From a virus, in IMG/VR virus record IMGVR_UViG_3300037575_000021, positions 31,314 through 95,313 of that record: DNA of 64,000 nt; one strand, 5' to 3'. Positions within the stretch are counted from its first letter, which is position 1. Each line of letters opens with the position of its first letter. Made by a program: the position numbers and the translations under genes. The notes below the pieces were generated by a model. It saw nothing but the letters and a program-made list of their open reading frames with translations. It did no database searches and was not told where the DNA came from. Positions 17,964-27,837 of the stretch are shown piece by piece.

Positions 17964-18536
17964 ATGGAAGTTATAGCTTTACTTTTAGTATTGGCCATAC
18001 CAATAGGTATACCCATCGCATTTGCCATCTTGTGTGAGAGAGATAGGATGGCTAACTCACCAAAATCCCCTGAGGAGCCAAGGGAGATATTTCTACCACC
18101 AACATCTTTCAGAAAAGATATAGGTGAACCGATCTATTTCCTAGGTGAGAGAATTACCGAAGAGATTGAACTCTTCGAGTGGGCAACTAGAGAGTTGGAT
18201 AATTGGGGTTACTCGTTGATAGATCACATGAGTAGATCGTCAAGTGCCATCTTTAAGCGGAACCATACAATGCACATGAGCCGCCATTGGTTTTTGGAAT
18301 TCAAGGATATACCTTTTGGTTTTAATTGGTTTATCCAGAGAGATAATTCTCGTTACAATGATGGAGCGGAATATACCTGTAATGGACTAACAGCTGATGA
18401 GGCTGAGTACCTTTACACCAAGTTCGAGGAATTGAAATCAGTTGAGGGTAATTTCGCTATGGCACGATCTCGGAGAACCCACAGGCTCAAGATTAATAAG
18501 TCTTATGGGCTAGAGGATCCTGATGGAGCTTGGTGA
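17964..18536 (+). CDS. Hypothetical protein with N-terminal TM anchor
   Basis: ORF; hydrophobic N-terminus. Confidence 0.65.
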   Translation: MEVIALLLVLAIPIGIPIAFAILCERDRMANSPKSPEEPREIFLPPTSFRKDIGEPIYFLGERITEEIELFEWATRELDNWGYSLIDHMSRSSSAIFKRNHTMHMSRHWFLEFKDIPFGFNWFIQRDNSRYNDGAEYTCNGLTADEAEYLYTKFEELKSVEGNFAMARSRRTHRLKINKSYGLEDPDGAW

Positions 18537-18968
18537 TATACTTTACGTGATTATACTTATGAGTTTAATGTTAATAATTTTTACGAACCCAGATCAATGG
18601 TAGATTATAAAGAACCACCTTGGAATTTAAAAACTGAGGGAAGTACAACAACATTCGGAGCCCCTAGGTTTGCTTATTGCTTTTCCTACAAAGGGACTCG
18701 TTTCTGCAGCGAACTAACGTGGCACACTGAGTCGTTGGCCTTGTCTGCAGGTGAGAGGATTATTAAGGAGAAATTTGATGAAGGTGGGGACTAAGGTTAC
18801 TTACCGGGTGTTCAGATCTTACCTTAAGATCAAGAAAATTGAACAAGATAAAGCTCTCTTAGAGCCAGATACGTTAGACCCACTGGAGGAATTCCTTAAG
18901 AAGCCTTTCTGGGCTAAACTGGATACTCTTAACATATACAAGAGGGCACAACGGAAGAGGAAAGTAAT

Positions 18969-19238
18969 ATGATTGTTAAAGGTGTACAAAAGGCTGAGGT
19001 TGAGGTCTCTGTTAATGTGAGAGAATTTCTCGATGCTTTAAGTCACAAGCTCGTAGGGGTGTCCCTAAACGCCCTTCAGGTAAACGAGGAGGGGAAGCTT
19101 CAAAAGGAAGAATTATCTAATTACCACAGGGGTGAGTACGATTGGGTTGATTGTGAATATCAAAACCCTACCCGTATTCGTAGGGTTAAACTCTTACAGG
19201 ATCTTTATGAGGAGGCCAAGGATGCAGGGCTTAAGTAA
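18969..19238 (+). CDS. Hypothetical protein
   Basis: ORF with RBS. Confidence 0.6.
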   Translation: MIVKGVQKAEVEVSVNVREFLDALSHKLVGVSLNALQVNEEGKLQKEELSNYHRGEYDWVDCEYQNPTRIRRVKLLQDLYEEAKDAGLK

Positions 19239-19611
19239 GGGGGTAAAGGTCGCAGATGTAGTGGATATCTATGCACTATCTGCACCAAAGAATGAGCGCG
19301 AGACTGAGATCCGACGTTACTACGAAGATCGTCTTGTAGCCGAGAGTAATACTAAAGGGTGCGGGTGGTATGGATCCAATGGATCAGTCGGTAAGGTTCA
19401 AGCTTTAAAGTTGACATCTGTAGACGGTAGTGTACAATACTTTCTGATGAGTGATGAAGTGGACATTAATATTGAAAAGCACACACCGGAGGATGTTGAG
19501 AGGCTCGCAAGAGAAGAAAAACGCAAAGCTCTTAGGAAGTTAACTCCTCAAGATATCGAGGCCCTAGGTCTTGATGCTCTAGAGGATGAATTAAAACAGG
19601 AGATTTAAAAA

Positions 19612-20016
19612 ATGAGGATGAGAGGGAAGCTCCCTATCTTCAGTTACAGGGACACGTTCAGCCTTGACTCTACCCTAGCACCAATCATAGCTGCAGGGTT
19701 AAGGAAGTTCAAGGATACCATCTCCAGCACTGAGTGGGGAGGCTATCCCAACGGGTTCGATACTGAGGAAGAGTGGCACGAAGTACTGGATAAGATGATC
19801 TGGTCTTTCGAGAATGCCGACTTTGAGATTGGTCTTCCACCTGAATATTGGGAAGAGACTAAGGGTATGAGTCTCGTGGATACACTTAACCGGGGTAAGA
19901 CACCTAACCAAAAAGCTATCTGGGATGAGTACATGAAGAACTGTGAAGCTCATCAAGAGAGACTGGTGGAGGGGTTTGACCTGTTCGCTAAACACTTCCA
20001 GAGCTTGTGGTGGTAG
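19612..20016 (+). CDS. Conserved phage hypothetical protein
   Basis: W-x-x-x-LDKMIWSF and GFDLFAKHFQSLWW pattern. Confidence 0.7.
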   Translation: MRMRGKLPIFSYRDTFSLDSTLAPIIAAGLRKFKDTISSTEWGGYPNGFDTEEEWHEVLDKMIWSFENADFEIGLPPEYWEETKGMSLVDTLNRGKTPNQKAIWDEYMKNCEAHQERLVEGFDLFAKHFQSLWW

Positions 20017-20017
20017 G

Positions 20018-20362
20018 ATGAAGACAATCATAGCTGGTGGTAGAGACTACTACCTAACAGAAAGTGATATAAGCAAGCTCGATACCTTACACATCACCGA
20101 GGTGGTTGAGGGAGGTGCTCCGGGAGTTGATAGATGTGCATTCCGATATGCACACAAGAAAGGACTGAAGTGCACAACCTTCAATGCTATGTGGCAAGAG
20201 GAAGGGAGAGCTGCAGGGCCTCTCCGAAACAGGAAGATGGCAAACTACGCAGAGGCTGTTGTGCTATTCCCGGGAGGAAGGGGCACACAGTCGATGTACA
20301 ACGAAGCCGTTAAGGCTGGATTAAAGATTTACGATTACAGACAAACAACAGAGGAGAAGTAA
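20018..20362 (+). CDS. SLOG/YspA (DUF2493)-like protein
   Basis: IIAGGRDY, EGGAPGVD, AAGPLRN, FPGGRGT. Confidence 0.8.
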   Translation: MKTIIAGGRDYYLTESDISKLDTLHITEVVEGGAPGVDRCAFRYAHKKGLKCTTFNAMWQEEGRAAGPLRNRKMANYAEAVVLFPGGRGTQSMYNEAVKAGLKIYDYRQTTEEK

Positions 20363-20364
20363 AT

Positions 20365-20718
20365 ATGTTAAACACTTACGTACTACACGCAAACAATCAG
20401 GTTGCTCACAAACAATGTGGCTCAGCAACATTCCGTATGGTAGTTGGCCCAGACAACACCATGTCTATGTCTATGGCGGTATGCTCTAAGAACGATCAAT
20501 TCTCACGTAAACTTGGTCGTGGCATTTCAGCTGATCGATTAACATTCGGTAAGGAAGTTGTTAAGGGTTATTACCACCCATCTCTAGCTATGCGATTCAA
20601 CGTAGAGCTGGCACTTATGGACTTCCTAAAGGCCAATGAGGATAGTAAGAACACACCTGAGTATCGCTTAGTTGAAAAAGCTAAGCTGGCACTTGACGGT
20701 TACACAACTTACACCTAA
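20365..20718 (+). CDS. Conserved phage hypothetical protein
   Basis: CSKNDQFSRKLGR motif. Confidence 0.7.
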   Translation: MLNTYVLHANNQVAHKQCGSATFRMVVGPDNTMSMSMAVCSKNDQFSRKLGRGISADRLTFGKEVVKGYYHPSLAMRFNVELALMDFLKANEDSKNTPEYRLVEKAKLALDGYTTYT

Positions 20719-20966
20719 TATCAGGCCCTTCGGGGCCTTTTCTGTATGGAGATCCAGAAATGGGAATAGATATTGAGGGCGGCATGATTGTAGGTGCCGA
20801 GGGGCATGAGATCAATAAGCCAGATGGGGGGGGATCACCTAGAGCCCCTGTGTGTGAACTACAGGAATACATACAGAAGTTTTAAAGATACCACTGTGAC
20901 CTTGACAAACTGCAAGGTTAAGTATTATGATGGTAGCATACGTAAGAAATACGGAGGGAGACCACA

Positions 20967-22807
20967 GTGAAATGGCTTAAGAAACTACTCAACATCCACG
21001 ATTGTGAGTTCGAGGACTACAAACCAATGGAGCCCATTGGCATTACCATGGGGTGGAGCATGAAGCCCACCGTTGAGTACAAATCCTTCGAGAGATGTAA
21101 GCATTGCCACAAAGAAAAGGTGAAGACAGGATGGATCTTCCATAAAGACCATACCCTCCACCCAGAGAACTATGACGAAGAGGGCAAACCTCTAAGCAAA
21201 TTTAAACCGACTAAGTAGGAGGCACCATGAGCGATGACTCAGAGTACAATGATGGATATCACCAAGGGTGTGAAGATACCTCTCAGGAATACAAAGGGAT
21301 TGTATCTAGCATCCTAGATGATCAAATAAAAGATATTGAGCTTAAAATAGATGAGCTAAAAGTGTCGGCTTATCACCTTACTCAAGTTAAGAACCAAATA
21401 CTAGGGAGCATGGAATGAACTTCAAAGAAGCAATACGTGAATGGTTTGATGATAAGCGATTTCCTATTAGGACAGAGCCTATCCTCAACCTGATACACCA
21501 GTGCTTTGAGGAACTGACCAGTAAGCGTAAAGTATGGATGATCACTACTACAGTTAACGATTACAATCAATATGGTGAGTATATCGGAGCTATATACATA
21601 ACAAAGCCAACCTTTAGTGAGATTAAGTCACTAAATATCTTCACGTCTAGGTATGATCTGGATGACTGTATTAGTAAGCTACTGGAGGAGGGTGAAGTTA
21701 TGCGGGGAGATACCACTTACTACCTAGATGAAGTAGAACAAGGAGAATCACTATGACAGAACAAACACACAAACAAGAATTAACCATCACCGTAGATGTG
21801 CCTGATGGGTACAAGGCTGTTGATTATCGAGCACCTAGAGAGGGAGAGCTATACCTCACTGGTTGTGGGCGTGCACACACAGCATCTGATGACTATAGGA
21901 GCACCCGTTTCCCCATCCTTAAGAAGGAGATATCCCGAACCATCACTATCCCCGAGATAGAGATCAAGGTTGAAGATGCTCAGATATTATACCATCTAAT
22001 CAACCTATCCTTTAATGATAAACAGCGAGTTCTCTCCAATTACGGTGTGGATATCACAGGGGTATATACTACCGGAGGGATCTACAAAACTGTGGGCGAG
22101 AGGTTAAGCCGCATTCTGGAAGAATCCTACGGGATCGATTTGGCCTGCGGAGGAAACGCTCGGACTAGAATCCTCACAATAGAGGAATTGGAGAACTCTA
22201 ATGATTGAACACGGAAAGGAAGCACTAGAGTCTGCCCTAGCCACAGAGTCAAACATCAAGTTTAGACGTGACCTATTGGATATCCAGAACTCCCCTGACC
22301 TGATAGAAAAGGCTGAGTTCTACCTATCCAACTATCAACTAGCTCTATCAAGTGCCTTCAGCATCTACTACACTACTGAAGGTGATAAGGCTAGGAAGTC
22401 TAGGATACTCCTGAACCGAGTCCATGTTATCTCTGTCCTAGAGGCTATACTCGAAGAAGCTAAACGACCATACAAAGACCCAGAATTTGGGTGCCTAGCA
22501 CCATAACCAAGAGGAGAACCAAATGACAGAACATGATGTAACCCAAGACACAATAGGTCTAGGTGAGCCGGGTGTACCTCCAAACCTCTATAATGCATTG
22601 CTTAAGGAGAATGAAGCACTAGAGTTGGGTCTACTAGGTCTCACTCGGATCCTCGCGCAGGTTGGCTTTATCATTGCTACCAAAGAGATCAAGGATGAGG
22701 ATGATGAAGCTATACTTAAGCTTATCAACGAGGGAGGCAAGGAGGTAAAAGAGCAACTCATTAGTTTCCAAGCCGAATGTGATAAACTTCGAGGTAAGAC
22801 TGAGTAG
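20967..22807 (+). CDS. Run of six small hypothetical ORFs (20967, 21227, 21415, 21753, 22201, 22523)
   Basis: Tightly packed or coupled ORFs with RBSs. Confidence 0.6.
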
Positions 22808-23438
22808 CCCTGTGAGGCTCCCTGAGGGCCTCTCTACTCACCCACACAATCACCTTACCCAAACCTTAAAACCTCTCCTGTAGCCATACAGGCCCACCTA
22901 GCGCCATCCCCGCACCTATACCTACCAAAATATCCCACCAACAAGTATAAATACTGTAAAGAAATAACCCATATTAGCATCCCCTTAATTTAGCAACCCC
23001 TAATTCACTACACCCTAATGTTCATCAACCATACAGGTCATTTCCTGTCCGATATTCCCCCACCAATTTCAGACCCTTCTGTACCCATCTAATAGTAAAT
23101 TCCATAATTAAATACCGTAAAGGGCCTGAGAGGCTCTGTACGTCCCTCTACGAGGTGTTCATACCTCTAGGAGTCCCAATACATCAACCCTGTAGAAAAT
23201 ATCCATAGGAGTCCCTGTGGGGCTTCTGTGCGTTTGTGGGAAAATATCTGTGTGGGTGGACTTAAAGGGCCATACCGATTTGTGTTTTCCTGTAAAGTTG
23301 CTCCCGAGGTGCTTAACACAGCGCCTGCCACCCATCTGTCAAGCGAATAATCTCAAAATATCCATAAAGTATAACAACCCTCTAGCCTTAGAACCACGGG
23401 GCATAACGGCAATAAGTGTGCCAATAATTAGGGTACGT

Positions 23439-23466
23439 ACTTCCGATAATTAATATTATCGGAAAT
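23439..23466. other. dif/Xer-like 28-bp site
   Basis: ACTTCCGATAA-TTAATA-TTATCGGAAAT (11-6-11, inverted arms). Confidence 0.5.
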
Positions 23467-23520
23467 TGGTAGAGACTTTTTAGGAATAAGTACAATAATC
23501 GTTATAACTCATAGGTTTAT

Positions 23521-23539
23521 GCTAATGATTATCACTATC
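23521..23539. promoter_or_regulatory. Fur-box-like site
   Basis: GCTAATGATTATCACTATC, 16/19 match to GATAATGATAATCATTATC. Confidence 0.45.
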
Positions 23540-23586
23540 AGGGAAAATAATTAAGAAAAGGCTTGACAAAGAGAATTCGATGTGTT

Positions 23587-23646
23587 TAACCCGAAGGGTA
23601 ACAGAAAGGGTAACCCCAAGGGTAACACAAAGGGTACACAAGGGGG
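23587..23646. repeat. 12-bp tandem repeat TAAC-N3-AAGGG, 4-5 copies
   Basis: taacccgaaggg taacagaaaggg taaccccaaggg taacacaaaggg tacacaaggggg. Confidence 0.75.
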
Positions 23647-23971
23647 AATAACACAAAGCCCTCGACCATTGGCATGGTCTCGGTCTATGCCCTGTGTGTA
23701 TGTATAGTTATACCTTAAGGTGATGCTGAAGGGTCATGCTAGCAGGGCCTAGGCTTATGATAATAAGCCGTTAAGATAAGCACCCACCATATAAGGCCCT
23801 TTCATGTAAGCGCCTATTGTAAGTGTCTTATGGTAGGTGTATTGAGTAGGGTTATTTATTTGATTAGGGCTTGACACTAAAGGCCCCAACCCGTAAGCTA
23901 GTCACTGTAAGATAGGGAAGGTAGGCTCATACTGTAGGGTTAGACTGTAACGTATAAGTAATACTTTATTG

Positions 23972-24020
23972 ATTATAGCATGGAATTATATAAAAGTCAA
24001 TGATAATAACAACCATTATC
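23972..24020 (-). promoter_or_regulatory. sigma70 promoter with an abutting Fur-like box
   Basis: TTGACT-N17-TATAAT (24000 to 23972); GATAATAACAACCATTATC (24002-24020), 16/19 to consensus. Confidence 0.55.
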
Positions 24021-24181
24021 ATTAGCATTTTCTTCCAAACCACTACACCAAGCCTTAACAGTTGTCAATACCTAAATGTTTATACAGTACCGTTGTTTAA
24101 GCTCCTGTAAGGCGCTCTGAGAGGTGTTTGGGACTACCCCCTTGTAATGGTATTCCTTAAGGGAGAACTCCCTACAGACCT

Positions 24182-24436
24182 TTAGTATTCATACATAGGG
24201 GCAGTGTACCCCCAAAAAATGTACACATCAGCTTTATAGCTCTCTTGCTCTAGTAGGTTTAGCACCTTCAGTACGCAATACTTTTCTAGAGCTTCTTCAT
24301 AATCTACTTTTGCAGTGTATCCCCTACTTTCTAGTTGCTTTTTAATTTCTAGTAGTAGGGTGGTCGCTTGCTCTTGGTTTTGATCTCCTGCTTGCTTGAA
24401 GGTCATTAGAAAAGCTTTTAAATCTTGTTCTTCCAT
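24182..24436 (-). CDS. Hypothetical protein
   Basis: ORF with its own promoter (TTTACT/TATAAT at ~24476-24503). Confidence 0.6.
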   Translation of the reverse strand: MEEQDLKAFLMTFKQAGDQNQEQATTLLLEIKKQLESRGYTAKVDYEEALEKYCVLKVLNLLEQESYKADVYIFWGYTAPMYEY

Positions 24437-24621
24437 GTTTTCGCCCTTGGTTGTTTTCTTAACTGTATGACTAACATTATACAGACAAAAACCACAAAGT
24501 AAACATTTTGTTTAAATTAAATCATACCTAGAGCAAGGGCAGCACCTAGGGCGCTTATTACCATTCCAGCTATAAAGAAAAGGGTTATAAGCAGTATTAA
24601 GACTGAGTGTTTCATAGTGGG

Positions 24622-25053
24622 CTATTCGTCGTGATACCTTGGTAAATGGTAACATTCAATAATGTGATGCTCTCCTCTTTCATCCATAACCAAGTAAACG
24701 TCAGCATGGTCTCTAAAACCTGTATAAACCACAGTATCCAATTCCTCAGGCTCTATGAAGATTACCCCACCAATATTGAGAGATACTTGGTCTGTCTCTT
24801 TGTCATAGAACCATTCGTCGTGACCATCAAAGCCATAAACCTCTACGGTGTCTATGCTTATTCCATTTAGGGGTATTCCCTCTTCTTCCTCATATTCTGT
24901 ACCTACAGAGCACTCGTCTATTAGTTCAGATAGGGAAAGTCTAGTTTCTTGCTTTGGGGTGTAAACCTTGACATGTTTCCCTTTTGATTCATCCCAAAAA
25001 TGGGCTAATGTGTTAGTGCTTATTACTAGGGTAATCAATGCTAGTGATTTCAT
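24622..25053 (-). CDS. Secreted acidic protein
   Basis: Signal-peptide-like N-terminus. Confidence 0.65.
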   Translation of the reverse strand: MKSLALITLVISTNTLAHFWDESKGKHVKVYTPKQETRLSLSELIDECSVGTEYEEEEGIPLNGISIDTVEVYGFDGHDEWFYDKETDQVSLNIGGVIFIEPEELDTVVYTGFRDHADVYLVMDERGEHHIIECYHLPRYHDE

Positions 25054-25063
25054 GGTGTTTCCT

Positions 25064-25513
25064 TCAGAATTCTAGGTTTAGTGGTACATGGAAGCTCACA
25101 CCGACTAGAGACTTAGGGATGTACATAAAACGGGTGCTTAAGTAGGTGCTTACGGGTACAGTGTAGGACAAATGGGGGAAGGCTAGTATTCTTTCATGGT
25201 TATATTTTACGTACCCAGTGGCTAGGGCTAGGCCTGCCTTAAGTTCACCATATTTACTTTTATGGAGTCCATATTCTTTACCTAGGTAGAATGACTCCTC
25301 GCATACTGTGTTTTTATACCTTCCGAATGAGTACCCATTGTAAGTGACGCCTATTAGGTTGTGGGTCTCGTTGAAGCAATCATCTCCTATTTCTTCTTTT
25401 ACATAACTTCTATGACCTGACCATAAGCCTAGGTCAATTCCAAACCCCTCTAATTCATAAGATAGGGATGGTAGTGAGAATAGTGAAGCTAGAACAAATA
25501 GGTAGTATTTCAT
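25064..25513 (-). CDS. Secreted, probable outer-membrane beta-barrel (paralog of 4570-4989)
   Basis: Signal peptide; C-x-NE-x-H-x-LIG, Y-x-NT-x-C-x-x-SFY-x-G; C-terminal Phe. Confidence 0.55.
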   Translation of the reverse strand: MKYYLFVLASLFSLPSLSYELEGFGIDLGLWSGHRSYVKEEIGDDCFNETHNLIGVTYNGYSFGRYKNTVCEESFYLGKEYGLHKSKYGELKAGLALATGYVKYNHERILAFPHLSYTVPVSTYLSTRFMYIPKSLVGVSFHVPLNLEF

Positions 25514-25792
25514 TATTGCTTACCTTTGTTTAAGTGTCTGTATAGAAGTTCGCCTAAAAAACAACCTAATCCGAAAACTATCAGCGCCAATGCTAATACT
25601 ACTGAGACTAAGGCCATGTTTAATTCCTCTTATTGGAATACTGCCAATGCAGCGAATCCAGCAAAGCTAAAAGAGATAATTTCACCAATGATTAGTAATT
25701 CCATGGTATCTACTCCCTTAAGCTGCTAGGCAAAGTGCACAAGTAACGATCACTGGAAGGTAGATGAATTTGAAAGCGAATGAAGTGGCCAT
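25513..25792 (-). CDS. Three tandem hydrophobic micro-ORFs (25718-25792, 25630-25704, 25513-25617)
   Basis: 24, 24 and 34 aa; each has an RBS; the last overlaps the next gene by TAATG. Confidence 0.6.
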
Positions 25793-26197
25793 GTGGGCGA
25801 TTCCTTTTGTTTGTTGAATGTCTATAATTCAATAATAAAGCATCCTACTTTAAAGTCAAACATTTTGTTTAATATTATTATGATTTTTTAAGGTTTATTT
25901 GGAACTTCTCTAATGTCTCCAATTCTTTAGGGCTTACTGTCATAATGTGGCCATTTACTAGGGCTATCCAGTAGCACCTATCAATCAATCCTTTGACTCT
26001 TTGGCAGATATTGGAGGTGTACCCCAAATCCTTACCAAAATTGGTCACTTTCCCATGTCCTTGGTAATTCTTGTTAAGGTAAGCCTGTACCCTCATTAGT
26101 CGAATCATATTTAATACCTCAAATAAAAAAGGGGCTGGTAGTTGTCAGGGAGAGAACCAGCCCCTAAGTAATGGCCCACATGGCCAAACCTTAAAAT

Positions 26198-26473
26198 TTA
26201 TTTAAACTTAATACGGTCTTTATTAGCTTCGATTGTTTTAGGCCCAATGCGGTAAACCTTATCAAAATCCTCAAAAGTTTTAAAAGGACCATTCTTTTCA
26301 CGGTATTGCACGATTGCCTTAGCAGTCTTAGGGCCAATACGCTCTAGTGTGTCTAATTGCTCAACCGTTGCCGTGTTTACATTTACTGGGCCATCCTCAG
26401 CAAATACAGGGTTAAAGATTAGGCTTGATAGCACAAGCACAAGGCCAGAAAGTAATACATTAAGTTTTTTCAT
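26198..26473 (-). CDS. comEA: ComEA-family helix-hairpin-helix DNA-binding protein with signal peptide
   Basis: VNVNTAT...IGPKTAKAIVQYREKNGPF...IGPKT. Confidence 0.9.
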   Translation of the reverse strand: MKKLNVLLSGLVLVLSSLIFNPVFAEDGPVNVNTATVEQLDTLERIGPKTAKAIVQYREKNGPFKTFEDFDKVYRIGPKTIEANKDRIKFK

Positions 26474-26580
26474 GGTTTAGTTTCCTATTTTGGTTTGAAT
26501 TGGGCCAGTTTCCCGCCCCGTCACTTTCAATATAGGACACCCCAAAGTTAAAGCAAGTAAATTTGTTTAAATTTTTAAAA

Positions 26581-27195
26581 TTATTTATCAATTAGCTTTG
26601 TCACTAGCTCTGTATGCTCAAAAGCTAGTTCTCCCGTGAGCTTATGCATATTACTGTTAGGGGTTAATAACACTAGCGTGCATAGCCAATCGGTGCCCTG
26701 AGAGTTAGGCCCTAGGTTCTTGGTCAATTCCCTACAGTATTTTTCGTTGTACTCAGGCTCTATTGAGTTAGTCCTATGGAATCCAAACAGGCTAGTTCTA
26801 TACGCTTCCCTTTCTTTAAAGTTTGTGTATATCACTAGGCAGCTAGAAAGGCATTGACCCTCAGGGGCAACCCTTACAGGTAGACCAGTATTAGAGAGTA
26901 GTTCAGCTATTCGCCTAGCCTCGTTTATTGACCCTCCTATTGAGTCTATTTGTATTACATCTATTTCACTGGTTAGGCCCTTCTCTAACTTATCCTTAAT
27001 CCTCTTATATGTTCCTTTCTTTATTTCACCTATGGGGATATTAAGAATGTTGCCATTCCCTCTAAAGTCTGGCTCTAATTTCTCAGGTGTGAAGTAAGGA
27101 ACTTTAAACCGACCCCCTTTATATTCAGGGAAAGGATTAACTATTATCACCCCAACGAATAGAGCCGCTAGTAAGTTCTCTAAGGTCTCGTTCAT
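26581..27195 (-). CDS. ClpP/crotonase-fold-like membrane-anchored protein
   Basis: IDSIGGS, CLSSC and GFH motifs. Confidence 0.55.
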   Translation of the reverse strand: MNETLENLLAALFVGVIIVNPFPEYKGGRFKVPYFTPEKLEPDFRGNGNILNIPIGEIKKGTYKRIKDKLEKGLTSEIDVIQIDSIGGSINEARRIAELLSNTGLPVRVAPEGQCLSSCLVIYTNFKEREAYRTSLFGFHRTNSIEPEYNEKYCRELTKNLGPNSQGTDWLCTLVLLTPNSNMHKLTGELAFEHTELVTKLIDK

Positions 27196-27632
27196 CTGGT
27201 ACTGCCTCTAATTTCCGAACCCTTTAATGATAGCCTATTAGCCTATATTGACTAAAAATTAAGCAAAATGACAAGGGATTGACATTAATTAGCGCCCTAT
27301 GACTAAAGTCAGATAAAAATACATAAAAAGTGTCAAAAAGGTGTTGCAAGTTAGAACGAGCCACTTTATAGTTACAAACAACAAAACGGAATAAGGAACT
27401 AATCCAAGCAATACGGAAATTATAAGAAGTACGGAAGCGGTCTAGCCCAATCGATAAACTAATTAAGAACAAATACCAAATAAAAATAGTTCGCAGTTAG
27501 TTTTAATTTCCAAACTTAAAAACGCTTATCAATTAGCTTTGTGTTTCAAGAATGCGAATGACTATCATTTATCTTTCTAGATGCAAACGCTTCTCACTCA
27601 GGAACCATTCCTGATCCTGTATAAAAACGGAA

Positions 27633-27717
27633 GTCAAACTCTCAGATGAAAAAGTCAATTGGGTTCGAAAATTTACGTCAACTTTTCAAATGAAAAAGCC
27701 AATTGGGTTCAAAAATT
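27633..27717. repeat. Two copies of the tripartite motif GTCAA-N8-ATGAAAA-N9-GGTTCRAAAATT
   Basis: Same spacing as the 46-bp array at 32351. Confidence 0.65.
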
Positions 27718-27837
27718 CTCAAATGTTAAAACCACCCATCTGGTTATTATAGATGAGCAAGAGCCTCCATTATTGCTTTCCCTTCTGCCACTCTTCCACC
27801 GTATCTATAATAAGGTGATTTGGTGGGGTGTCAAGCT

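Noticed and set aside
20760-20885. Short ORF with a G8 tract (possible phase variation or truncated gene)
   Set aside because: No longer reading frame was evident after a slip; insufficient support
24072-24090. LexA-box-like half site
   Set aside because: Only the ATACAGTA half is present; no CTGT at the correct spacing
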